From Pseudomonadota bacterium (GTDB lineage Bacteria > Pseudomonadota > Alphaproteobacteria > MPNO01 > UBA830), in NCBI GenBank assembly GCA_036136335.1, contig JAYZQT010000056.1:25797-89796 (forward strand): a stretch of 64,000 nt of DNA, in the 5' to 3' direction. The position numbers were made by a program, and so were the translations under genes. Below the pieces are notes generated by a model that was given only the letters and a program-made list of their open reading frames with translations, did not search any database and was not told the origin of the DNA. Numbering within the stretch: the stretch's first letter is position 1; each line of letters begins with the position of its first letter. Of this stretch, positions 8,262 through 16,715 are shown one piece after another.

Positions 8262-10578
8262 CGGTTTTTTCGCGCAACGCGCGTAGAACGTTTTCGGACG
8301 ACATGGGCAGACGCCGTAACCGAATTCCGCTGGTATGTGCCAAGGCATTTGCGATGGCCGGCGCGATCCCGACAATTGGTGGCTCACCGATGCCCTTGGC
8401 CCCGAATGGGCCGGTCTCGTCGGGCTCTTCAATCAGAATGGTATTGATCTTTGGAGGAGACTCGACTGTTCCCGGAATTTTGTAATCCATCAGCGAGGGG
8501 TTCGCGAGTCGTCCAGTGTCCCAGACCATTTCTTCGTAAAGTGCGTATCCGATGCCCTGAACCACCCCCCCTTCGACCTGCCCGGCCACTGATGAGGGAT
8601 TTATCGCTTTGCCAATGTCATGGGCTGACCAGACTTCGAGCGGCGTAATCTTGCCGGTTGCTTCGTCCAGTTCGATCTCTACTGCCTGTGCGGCAAAGAT
8701 CCACGCCCCAATCTTGCCGAATGGGAAACCCTTGATGAAACCGCGTTTGGGATCGAAGCTTTCCCCATCAAATGCCAGTGAATTACTGCCAATTACCGGG
8801 CCACCCTCGACCCAGTGTGCAAATCCGGAAATCTCGCCAAAGGTAACTTTTGCTTCCGGAACACCGCTGATTCCGATTATTCCGCCAGGCCTCATTTCAA
8901 GATCTTCGGGTGCACACTCCATCATCGAGGCGGCGCGTTGTTTGAGCTGCTCAATAACAGAATCTGCAGCGGCCACCACAGCGCGCCCGGTCATGTAGGT
9001 CACCCGGCTGGCTGTGGTGCCCCAGTTATATGGAGAAGAATCGGTATCTGGGGTTGCGAGGCTGATTTTATCGACGTCGATGCCCAGCGCGCCCGCACAC
9101 ATCTGTACCAGGACCGTGTCTGATCCCTGCCCGTTGTCAACCGCACCTGTGTTCAGTACGGCAGTACCGTCTTCGAGAATCCGGATGATCGCGCCGGAGG
9201 TTAAAAGACCCGAAATATGGGGCATGCAAGCGATGCCGATGCTTCGGCGTTTGCCGTCGACGGGCGGTCCCAAGGCTGCCGCGCGGCGATTTTGCCAGTC
9301 GCTTGAATCACGTACCTGTGTCAGGCATTCACTCATCGCGTCATTAGAAGCCGCCAGACCACCAAGCCATTCTTCGTTTGGCCTCGCCGCATTTTTCAGC
9401 CGCAGGTCAATCGGATCCATGCCAATTTTGTCAGCAATTTCGTCTATCTGTGTTTCGCCCGCAATCGCCACCTGTGGGCCGCCGAAGCCTCGAAACGCTC
9501 CCGCCCGGAGTTTGTTGGTATAGACCGCCCGCGATTCTACCGACACATTTTGGATGTGGTACGGACCCCGGCAGAACAGCGCACAAATGCCCGCAACGCC
9601 GGGGCTGTCATCACCGTAGGCGCCTGCGTCAAGACGAATATCGACTTTTCGGGCGACCAACGTGCCGTCTTTCGTGGCTCCGGTCTTCATCCAAACCCTG
9701 GACGGATGCCGAGACCGGATCATCTCAAAGTCCTGCTCGCGGCTCAGGGTAAGTTTGACCGGGCGGTTTGCCTTGATGGTCAGGCCTACAACAATAGGCT
9801 GAATTGTCTGTTCCATCTTGCCGCCGAACGCGCCGCCCACCCGTGGGGTAACACAGCGTACTTTCGACATGGGCATATCAAGGGACTGTGCAATATTCGC
9901 CTGCAGGTGAAACACTGACTGATTGCCGGACCAGACGGTGACCTTGCCGTTAGCGTCAATATCTGCAAGCGCCGAGCAGGGTTCCATATATGTATGGCAC
10001 TGCGCCTGTGTCTCATATTCACCTTCGACGATTACGTCGCATTGCGCCCATGCGTTTTCCGCGTCACCTTCCTCGACCTCCATGATTGACATTACGTTGG
10101 GTGCGTGTTCGGATTCATAGGTCTTCAAGAGTTCTTCAAAATTGTCATGCACCATTGGGGCATCTTCCGCCATGGCCTGGTCAATCGACAGGACGGCGGG
10201 CAGTTCTTCATATTCGATTTCGATTAGCGCGACAGCGCGCCGTGCGGTCAGTTGATCGACCGCGGCAACGGCCGCTACCGGTTCGCCGATATAGCGCACT
10301 TTGCCTTTGGCAATAGCAGTTTCGTCGTGCACGAAGGGACCAATGTAATTGTACCCAATGTCGTCACCGGTGAAGGATGCGACGACGCCTGGAACTTCCA
10401 GCGCGGCGGAAACATCGCAGGATACAATACGCGCATGTGCGTAGGGGCTTTGCTGAACGGCTGCGTGCAGCATGCCAGGTCGCGATAGGTCGTCTGTGTA
10501 TTCCGCGCGGCCAGTGATTTTTTCTCGGGCTTCGAGGCGGGGCAGGTCCTGCCCCACAGGATTTTGATAAACGGTCAT
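8251..10578 (-). CDS. xanthine dehydrogenase family molybdopterin-binding large subunit
   Basis: 781-aa track ORF. Contains GAFRGFGGPQ and AKGIGEPP, typical of XDH / aldehyde-oxidoreductase-type Mo subunits. The start at 10578 gives an ATGA overlap with the 2Fe-2S subunit stop. Confidence 0.9.
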   Translation of the reverse strand: MTVYQNPVGQDLPRLEAREKITGRAEYTDDLSRPGMLHAAVQQSPYAHARIVSCDVSAALEVPGVVASFTGDDIGYNYIGPFVHDETAIAKGKVRYIGEPVAAVAAVDQLTARRAVALIEIEYEELPAVLSIDQAMAEDAPMVHDNFEELLKTYESEHAPNVMSIMEVEEGDAENAWAQCDVIVEGEYETQAQCHTYMEPCSALADIDANGKVTVWSGNQSVFHLQANIAQSLDMPMSKVRCVTPRVGGAFGGKMEQTIQPIVVGLTIKANRPVKLTLSREQDFEMIRSRHPSRVWMKTGATKDGTLVARKVDIRLDAGAYGDDSPGVAGICALFCRGPYHIQNVSVESRAVYTNKLRAGAFRGFGGPQVAIAGETQIDEIADKIGMDPIDLRLKNAARPNEEWLGGLAASNDAMSECLTQVRDSSDWQNRRAAALGPPVDGKRRSIGIACMPHISGLLTSGAIIRILEDGTAVLNTGAVDNGQGSDTVLVQMCAGALGIDVDKISLATPDTDSSPYNWGTTASRVTYMTGRAVVAAADSVIEQLKQRAASMMECAPEDLEMRPGGIIGISGVPEAKVTFGEISGFAHWVEGGPVIGSNSLAFDGESFDPKRGFIKGFPFGKIGAWIFAAQAVEIELDEATGKITPLEVWSAHDIGKAINPSSVAGQVEGGVVQGIGYALYEEMVWDTGRLANPSLMDYKIPGTVESPPKINTILIEEPDETGPFGAKGIGEPPIVGIAPAIANALAHTSGIRLRRLPMSSENVLRALREKTDGG

Positions 10579-11051
10579 TTCGGCTCCGTGCCGCACACCG
10601 AGCGAACAGCATCAATCACTTTTACATAGCCCGAACAACGGCACAGATTACCAGACAGACCTTCGCGGATCTCATCGTCCGACAGCTTTCTGTTGCTGGA
10701 AGCCAATGCTGTCGCTGCAATGATCATACCGGGTGTACAGAATCCGCACTGGGCGGCGCCACAATCCAGAAAGGCCTGCTGGACTGGCGACAACGTATCG
10801 TTTGATTCAATCCCTTCAATGGTTTTGATTTCCTTGCCCGTGCAATTGGCTGCGAGCGACAGGCATCCACGAACGATCTTTCCCTCGATCATCACGGTGC
10901 AGGCACCACAGACGCCCTGGTTGCACCCACGTTTTGTACCGGTGAGGTGCATTTCATCCCGCAGTACATGAAGCAGGGTATCGTTTGCGCGCACAAAGGC
11001 CTGCCGTATCTGGCCGTTTACCGATAGGCCAAGGGGTATTTTGTCGCTCAT
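10575..11051 (-). CDS. (2Fe-2S)-binding small subunit of the molybdoenzyme
   Basis: CNQGVCGACTV, QCGFCTPGM and NLCRCSGY cysteine clusters. Confidence 0.9.
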   Translation of the reverse strand: MSDKIPLGLSVNGQIRQAFVRANDTLLHVLRDEMHLTGTKRGCNQGVCGACTVMIEGKIVRGCLSLAANCTGKEIKTIEGIESNDTLSPVQQAFLDCGAAQCGFCTPGMIIAATALASSNRKLSDDEIREGLSGNLCRCSGYVKVIDAVRSVCGTEPK

Positions 11052-11902
11052 ACCTCTCCTTTCTGCGAATTACGGGCACGCGCCAACGCACGGGTGATCA
11101 GGACTGGTATAAGATTTAACCGGTATTCAGCGGTACCGCGAAAATCGTCTACAGGGTCAGCTGCCGCGATAATTTTTTCGGAGGCCAACGCAATCGTCTG
11201 GTCGGAAATTCCATCGACGCGCAACATGTTTTCCACCTCGATTGACCGGATAGGGGTCGGTGCGCAAGCGCCCACTGCAAGCCGTATATAATCGATGTTT
11301 CCTTGCCGTTCTTTCAGAACGACTGCCACCGACACAGTTGCGAAGTCCCCTTCGACACGGGCGAACTTTTCATAGGCAACCGCACCGTCTGGAGCTGGGG
11401 GAATAAGGACCGATGAGACCATTTCACCCTCTTGCAGCGCTGTCTCCAGGTAATCGACGAAGAATTCACCAGCCGGGATGTCCCGTTCGCCCTGTCCACC
11501 AGCGGTCCTTATTACGGCTTCAGCCGCAACCAGCGCTGCCGGATAATCTGCGGCGGAATCAGCATGCGCAATCGCGCCACCGATCGTTCCCATATTGCGG
11601 ATCGCAGGATGCCCTATCACGGACGCTGCCTCGGCGACGATGCGCTGTCCTTTATCGAAATCATTTGTTTCGGCGAGTGTGACGTGGTTTGTCATTGCGC
11701 CGATTACTGCGGTACCGTCGGAGGTCAGAGATATGCCTTTCAGGGTCTCGACATCGCGCAGGCTGACAAGCGCAGTTGGAGCAAGCAGGTCCGCATTCAT
11801 CATCGCAACAAGCGTGGCACCGCCGGCAAGGCAGCGAGCATCCTGGTCTTCGGCCAATAGCGCCACAACCTGATCAACCGTGCGTGGGTGGTGCAGCTTC
11901 AC
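11048..11902 (-). CDS. FAD-binding medium subunit (CoxM-like) of the molybdoenzyme
   Basis: The size (284 aa), the AGGATLV and NMGTIGG segments and its position directly upstream of the 2Fe-2S subunit (overlapping junction) match the FAD_binding_5 family. Confidence 0.9.
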   Translation of the reverse strand: MKLHHPRTVDQVVALLAEDQDARCLAGGATLVAMMNADLLAPTALVSLRDVETLKGISLTSDGTAVIGAMTNHVTLAETNDFDKGQRIVAEAASVIGHPAIRNMGTIGGAIAHADSAADYPAALVAAEAVIRTAGGQGERDIPAGEFFVDYLETALQEGEMVSSVLIPPAPDGAVAYEKFARVEGDFATVSVAVVLKERQGNIDYIRLAVGACAPTPIRSIEVENMLRVDGISDQTIALASEKIIAAADPVDDFRGTAEYRLNLIPVLITRALARARNSQKGEV

Positions 11903-11925
11903 GTCATGTCCCTGTTTTGCATATT

Positions 11926-12378
11926 TCAGTCTGCCAATTCGATCTGTGATCTAAAACTGTTAGCGAATTCCTCGCCGATCGCCTTGGCTTTTTTCTTCAT
12001 TATTCCGAGGCCGAACTTGCCGAGACGGCCAACCAGCGACACCTCTGACATATAATAGACCTCCGTTTCATTCGTATTAACACGCGTGAGACGCAATTCA
12101 CTGTTGGCTGTCAACATACTCGCCTTGCCTCCTTCTTCGCCGCGCGTGGTTGATTTGGCATAGATAGGAGCGTCCTGTTCAGTAAGTTCGACCGAAACGT
12201 TGAATGACGTTTTAATCGGACCGACCGCCACTTTTACGTTTGCTCGGTATTTGTTTTCCCCGAGCACTTCCACTTCGCCGCACCCGGGTATGCACGGCGC
12301 CATAAGGTCAGGTGCCATCATGAATTCCCAAACACGTTCGACCGGTGCTTTTACGGAAAATGTTTCCTCTATCTTCAT
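11926..12378 (-). CDS. CoxG / SRPBCC-family protein
   Basis: 150 aa, MKIEETFSVKAPVERVWEFMMAP.... This is the pattern of carbon monoxide dehydrogenase subunit G-like proteins, and the gene is adjacent to coxMSL-type genes. Confidence 0.8.
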   Translation of the reverse strand: MKIEETFSVKAPVERVWEFMMAPDLMAPCIPGCGEVEVLGENKYRANVKVAVGPIKTSFNVSVELTEQDAPIYAKSTTRGEEGGKASMLTANSELRLTRVNTNETEVYYMSEVSLVGRLGKFGLGIMKKKAKAIGEEFANSFRSQIELAD

Positions 12379-12390
12379 AACATTATTGGT

Positions 12391-13455
12391 TTAGCGATGC
12401 TCGCGGGCGACTACCATCTCGGGTTCGGTTAACCGCCCCTTGTCGACAATCAGTTTGTTGTCGAGCATGATTGAACAATCACGCATAGGGACATCGTAAT
12501 GCCCGGTTGTGGTGCGCTTGCCGCCGCCTTGCGAATTTGGTCCGGTCGAGAAAAGGAAGTTACCCGCAAAGGACCGCAGTGTCCCATTACTGCGATCCGG
12601 GTCGTCTCCATACAGCGCTACGTTGTCCCAGCGGCATTGTGGATTTAACCCCCAGCCAAGGTGGGAAATGGCGTGACCGTCCATGTCATCCGGATCGTCG
12701 CGGTTGTCTTCGAGCCAGTTATGCATCAGCTTTGCGTCGAGTCCGCCGTCAATCTTGCGAATGAAGCCGTCACGAACCTCGAGGCGGATTTCGTCGGTTA
12801 CGTAGCGGTTGTATGGCAGTACCACAAAATCCCCCGGACTGATCACCACAGTGCCATTTGCCGAGCCCTCGTTGGGAAATGTGTGCACGTGGCCACCCCC
12901 CCAGTGGTCAAAACGCCCAGGTTCATCTGCGTACCCGTACTGACTCATAACCGGGTATTCTCCGAGGGAAACCGTCAGATCCAGTCCGACGTCGTTAAAC
13001 ATTCGCATTGTTTTGCTCTCGGCGAGCCTTTTTTCTGCATGTAACACCGCCTCCTTTAGACCGGCGGGCGCCTGCGCCTGTTCGAGGTCATCAGGGTGGT
13101 CGACAATCATCTGTACCCGGGTTCCGGCGTCACGTACCTGCTTAAGCCAGCTGGTAAATAGGGGGACATGAAGACAGACCAGCATGTCGGCGGCAGAGAG
13201 CGCTTCCAACGTGCCCTTGCAGGCACCAATTGTGGCAACACCGACTTTAGTCCAGCTCGGCACCGAATTCACGCACATTGCGTAAGCATCGGCACCAAGA
13301 TCCTTGGCTGCGGCAAACGAAGCCTGAACGTATTCCTCTCGGGTCGCAAGGTCACTTAGCAATGCGACTGTCTCGCCCGGTTTTACGTTGCAAAGTTCGA
13401 ATTGCTTTCGAAAGAGAGCGGTTAATGCCGCAGGATTGGTCTGTTGAGGGCGCAT
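12391..13455 (-). CDS. 2,5-dihydroxypyridine 5,6-dioxygenase (NicX)-like, aminopeptidase-T-fold enzyme
   Basis: 354 aa. The segments YGYADEPGRFDHW, ISHLGWGL, FAGNFLFSTGPNSQGGGKR and GHYDVPMRDC resemble my recollection of NicX-family ring-cleavage dioxygenases (HxD iron ligands). An M29 aminopeptidase cannot be excluded without a search. Confidence 0.6.
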   Translation of the reverse strand: MRPQQTNPAALTALFRKQFELCNVKPGETVALLSDLATREEYVQASFAAAKDLGADAYAMCVNSVPSWTKVGVATIGACKGTLEALSAADMLVCLHVPLFTSWLKQVRDAGTRVQMIVDHPDDLEQAQAPAGLKEAVLHAEKRLAESKTMRMFNDVGLDLTVSLGEYPVMSQYGYADEPGRFDHWGGGHVHTFPNEGSANGTVVISPGDFVVLPYNRYVTDEIRLEVRDGFIRKIDGGLDAKLMHNWLEDNRDDPDDMDGHAISHLGWGLNPQCRWDNVALYGDDPDRSNGTLRSFAGNFLFSTGPNSQGGGKRTTTGHYDVPMRDCSIMLDNKLIVDKGRLTEPEMVVAREHR

Positions 13456-13480
13456 CCCATGGAGCTCCAGCTGGAATATT

Positions 13481-13497
13481 TGAAGGTAAAACCTTCA
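13481..13497. promoter_or_regulatory. perfect 7-3-7 palindrome TGAAGGT-AAA-ACCTTCA, candidate TetR operator
   Basis: Seen directly in the divergent intergenic region between the NicX-like gene (start 13455) and the TetR gene (start 13603). Confidence 0.35.
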
Positions 13498-13602
13498 CAC
13501 GCTGACCCAAACCTGTCAATAGTGTATAGGCTTCACTTTTGGTGTTGGCATTGGGAACTTCGTCGTACCCAATTTGTGGGCCGGTGATTGCGCGGGAAAA
13601 TC

Positions 13603-14217
13603 ATGGTTCAGGTAAAAAAAGTAGCAATACGCGAAGCCATTACCCGAAGTGCTCTCGGCCTTTTTTCAGAAAAGGGGTATTCCAGAACAACTATTGCCCA
13701 GATTGCCGAGCGCGCTGAAATTACGACATCTAATTTTTATCGATACTACGATTCCAAACTTGATGTGTTTTTCGCCGTATTTGGCCCCTGGCTGCGTTCC
13801 CACCTTGATGCGCTTGAACAGAGAGTTATGGGAATAAGTGATCCACGCGAAAGACTCAGAGAGGTTTTTATTGGTTTGTGGTGCGATATTCCGCGCGCTG
13901 ATAACGGGTTCAATAATAACATCGTGGAAGCCCTGGCTGCGTTCTCACCGGAGCAGCGATATTCAAGGTCGCTTTTGATCGAATCGGAACGGCGGGTATG
14001 GGGAATGGTTGCCGGCTGCGTTCCGGAGAATCGCTGGCAGTATATCAATGACAGCAGGCTGTCACACCTGATGTTTATGGCGGGCGATGGTTTTGCGCTG
14101 AATGTAAAGCTAGGCGGACCGTCTCCGCTTATTGGCCCCATAATTGAAATGATGTGCACCCTTATACTAGGTGAAGATTGCCGCAAACTACCCGAGATCG
14201 AAGGAGAGTTTCAATGA
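13603..14217 (+). CDS. TetR/AcrR family transcriptional regulator
   Basis: N-terminal HTH region ALGLFSEKGYSRTTIAQIAERAEITTSNFYRYYDSK. The first ATG is at 13603. The track ORF begins at a TTG at 13588. Confidence 0.85.
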   Translation: MVQVKKVAIREAITRSALGLFSEKGYSRTTIAQIAERAEITTSNFYRYYDSKLDVFFAVFGPWLRSHLDALEQRVMGISDPRERLREVFIGLWCDIPRADNGFNNNIVEALAAFSPEQRYSRSLLIESERRVWGMVAGCVPENRWQYINDSRLSHLMFMAGDGFALNVKLGGPSPLIGPIIEMMCTLILGEDCRKLPEIEGEFQ

Positions 14218-14978
14218 CCGAGAATGTTCTTGAAGGGGTCGCTCTGGTAACCGGTGCCGGTAGTGGAATAGCGCGAGCGCTTGCGCTACAGCTCGGTACT
14301 GCTGGTGCGGTTGTTGCCGTTGCCGATGTAAACCAGAAAACTGCTGCAGAAACTGCCAACGCTATCAACGCCGCAGGCGGTACATCTGCACCCTTCGCCT
14401 TGGATGTTGCCGACTCGCGTGCCGTGGACGATGTGGTTAACGTGATCGAGCGCGATCTCGGCCCGGTCACCCGTCTGGCAAACGTGGCGGGGGTATTTTC
14501 GACGTCTGCGCTCGCTGACATCTCCGACGATCAGTGGGCGCAGATCCTGTCTGTTCACCTTAACGGGACCTTTCACCTCTGCAGGCGGCTCGTACCTGCC
14601 ATGGCAAGTCGTGGTGGTGGCGCGGTTGTTAACACTTCGTCCATCTTCGCACTCAGGGGGCAGTCAGAAGCGTCCCACTACGCCGCCGCAAAGGGGGCAA
14701 TTATCGGATTTTCAAAATCGATAGCCCGCGAAGTAGGTGATGCGAATGTTCGGGTCAATGTGGTAGCACCTGGCCCGGTGGATACACCCTTTTTTGCCCA
14801 AGGCCTGTCCGGTGAGCAACTTGCCCGAGTGCGCGAGGAACGGGCCCGAATCATTCCTCTAGGCAAAATTGGGAGTGCAGAAGAGGTGGCCAGCGTAATA
14901 CTTTTTTTTCTCGGAGAGGGCAGCACACATATCACAGGTCAGGTCATTCCCGTCGATGGAGGCGAGGTGATGCGCTAG
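14214..14978 (+). CDS. SDR family oxidoreductase
   Basis: TGAGSGIA cofactor motif, NVAG, and the catalytic YAAAK (YxxxK). ATGA overlap with the TetR stop. Confidence 0.9.
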   Translation: MTENVLEGVALVTGAGSGIARALALQLGTAGAVVAVADVNQKTAAETANAINAAGGTSAPFALDVADSRAVDDVVNVIERDLGPVTRLANVAGVFSTSALADISDDQWAQILSVHLNGTFHLCRRLVPAMASRGGGAVVNTSSIFALRGQSEASHYAAAKGAIIGFSKSIAREVGDANVRVNVVAPGPVDTPFFAQGLSGEQLARVREERARIIPLGKIGSAEEVASVILFFLGEGSTHITGQVIPVDGGEVMR

Positions 14979-15439
14979 AGACCGGAGAGGGTGAGTTTTT
15001 AATGTTTAATGAGTGGGTTTACACGCCATCTTCCGAACTGGATTTTCAGCGATTTCCGGCTTGGACCAAGGACATACAGCAAACTTTTTACACCAGCATG
15101 CCCAACAGCATTTGCACATCAAATGACACCCGAATTCTGGTTTGCCATCGTGTGACACTAGATCGCGCATTCAATTCAGGTAAAGGATCCTCAGTCGGCC
15201 TCACTTCTAGGCATTGTTGCTGGGGTCTGTAGGTTGTCAAATTTGCACAAATCCCACACTCTGCGCACTTGATCAAAGAATTGGGCAAGCCAGTGGACAC
15301 CTGAGGACTAAACTTTGTGATGACAGGATTAGCATTATCCGGCAATCCTGCCTTCGGTGGATCGTTGAGCAAAGAATAGCGAGAGGCCCTAGAAGTTGGC
15401 CATGCCGGCTGCGACCACCTTACAAATGAATCGAAGGCC

Positions 15440-16507
15440 ATGAGTACGTACAGACTGGATCGGAGCTTTGAATGGAACTTCAGGAATGGGCCTGACTATC
15501 ACAGACGCTTCCCCAGTCTGCCTGTGACATCCAAAAAGGAATTCCTTGGCATTCCCACAAATTCAAGGGTGGGACTGGCCGCTAGCGTTCTGGTAAATGA
15601 CCGGTGGGTCGAGACATATAGCCGTCTTGGATATGATCTCCTAACCTATAAAACGGTGCGCCTCACTGAAAGACGCTGTCATTCTTTTCCAAACTGGGTA
15701 TTCGTCAAAGGTGACGTTTCCGAGGCGTCTCTAGAAAAGTCAACAGCTCTTCTAAAGCGCCGCAGAGACCACACAGACCCGCTGGAACTGACTGGGGCTG
15801 GTTCATTTGGAATGCCATCCAAGTCCCCGGATTTCTGGATTGAGGATATCGCGAAGTCCCGCAAAAACCTCCTCAAGAATCAGATTTTGATTGTTTCAGT
15901 TGTTGCTACACCCAGACCAGGCATGTCAGGACAGTCCGTAATTGATGAGTATGGGACCTTGGCGGCAATGGTTGTTGGTGCCGGTGCTCAGGTCGTGGAG
16001 GCAAACCTTTCCTGTCCAAACGTAACAACCGGTGAGGGCGAGCTATATCTGGATACAACTATGGTTGGTCTAATTGCCAAAACACTTCGAGAAAGGGCAG
16101 GGGGCGTTCCCGTCACCTTGAAGCTGGGGTATGTGGCGGATGACAAACTGCTCGCGTCAATCCTGCAATCTGCGAATGGATTTGGTGATGCCATCGTTTT
16201 AATGAATGGCGTCAACAGCAGAGTCATCAACCAGAAAGGACGCCCTGTCTTCGGCCCTGGAAGAGAAACCTGCGGTGTTACGGGTGCGGGGATCCATAAA
16301 CTGGCAGCTGGTTTTGTTAGAAGGGCAATCAGGATCATTGAACGGGACAGACTGGAAATAAAGATTATTGCAAATGGTGGGGTTAATTCGCCAGAAAGCG
16401 CCGCGACATTTTTTGATTCGGGCGCATATGCAGTCACCATAGCATCTGGCGCGATTTTTGATCCCCATCTGGGAATTAAAATCAAAAACAAACATCCCGA
16501 GTGGTGA
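15440..16507 (+). CDS. dihydroorotate dehydrogenase-like / dihydropyrimidine dehydrogenase-like FMN TIM-barrel protein
   Basis: NLSCPN motif with an active-site Cys, as in class 1 DHOD/DPD domains. C-terminal IIANGGV...GA..V FMN-phosphate binding pattern. The N-terminal extension is unusual. Confidence 0.7.
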   Translation: MSTYRLDRSFEWNFRNGPDYHRRFPSLPVTSKKEFLGIPTNSRVGLAASVLVNDRWVETYSRLGYDLLTYKTVRLTERRCHSFPNWVFVKGDVSEASLEKSTALLKRRRDHTDPLELTGAGSFGMPSKSPDFWIEDIAKSRKNLLKNQILIVSVVATPRPGMSGQSVIDEYGTLAAMVVGAGAQVVEANLSCPNVTTGEGELYLDTTMVGLIAKTLRERAGGVPVTLKLGYVADDKLLASILQSANGFGDAIVLMNGVNSRVINQKGRPVFGPGRETCGVTGAGIHKLAAGFVRRAIRIIERDRLEIKIIANGGVNSPESAATFFDSGAYAVTIASGAIFDPHLGIKIKNKHPEW

Positions 16508-16715
16508 AATTGTAGAAAGTCTCTCCAGAGCAGTCAAAATGGAATTCGTGCGGCGCTCCTTTGCGACCTTCGGCATATGGTCTGTAAAAACCGAAAATTT
16601 TGTAATTGAGCTGCGCTCGATCAGAGTAGGTAATCCCGATGAAAAGGGAGAGTTTGTATGAAGGCTTAAACTTGTTAGTCTCCGAGCCCCGAATAATTTA
16701 AAAGGAGTACAGTGC

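Noticed and set aside
8251-11902. Annotating the coxMSL-like genes here and at 55603-61609 as aerobic carbon monoxide dehydrogenase.
   Set aside because: None of the three large subunits has the form I CODH active-site loop VAYRCSFR. They carry GAFRGFGGPQ or PYRGVARPG instead. Only the family-level call of molybdenum hydroxylase is justified.
15002-15441. Track ORFs 15002-15232 (+, 76 aa) and 15088-15441 (-, 117 aa) as real genes.
   Set aside because: They overlap each other, I recognise no family, and their composition is odd. I kept them only as part of a finding about the unexplained 460-nt region.
16458-16715. A second in-frame TGA (16659-16661) lies upstream of the selenoprotein. The same reading frame is open from 16458 through this TGA into the ATG at 16716, which hints at a longer protein with two Sec residues.
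   Set aside because: The upstream part shows no thioredoxin-fold or other recognisable sequence. A good AAGGAG ribosome binding site precedes the ATG at 16716. I saw no hairpin after the first TGA. The open frame is most likely coincidental.
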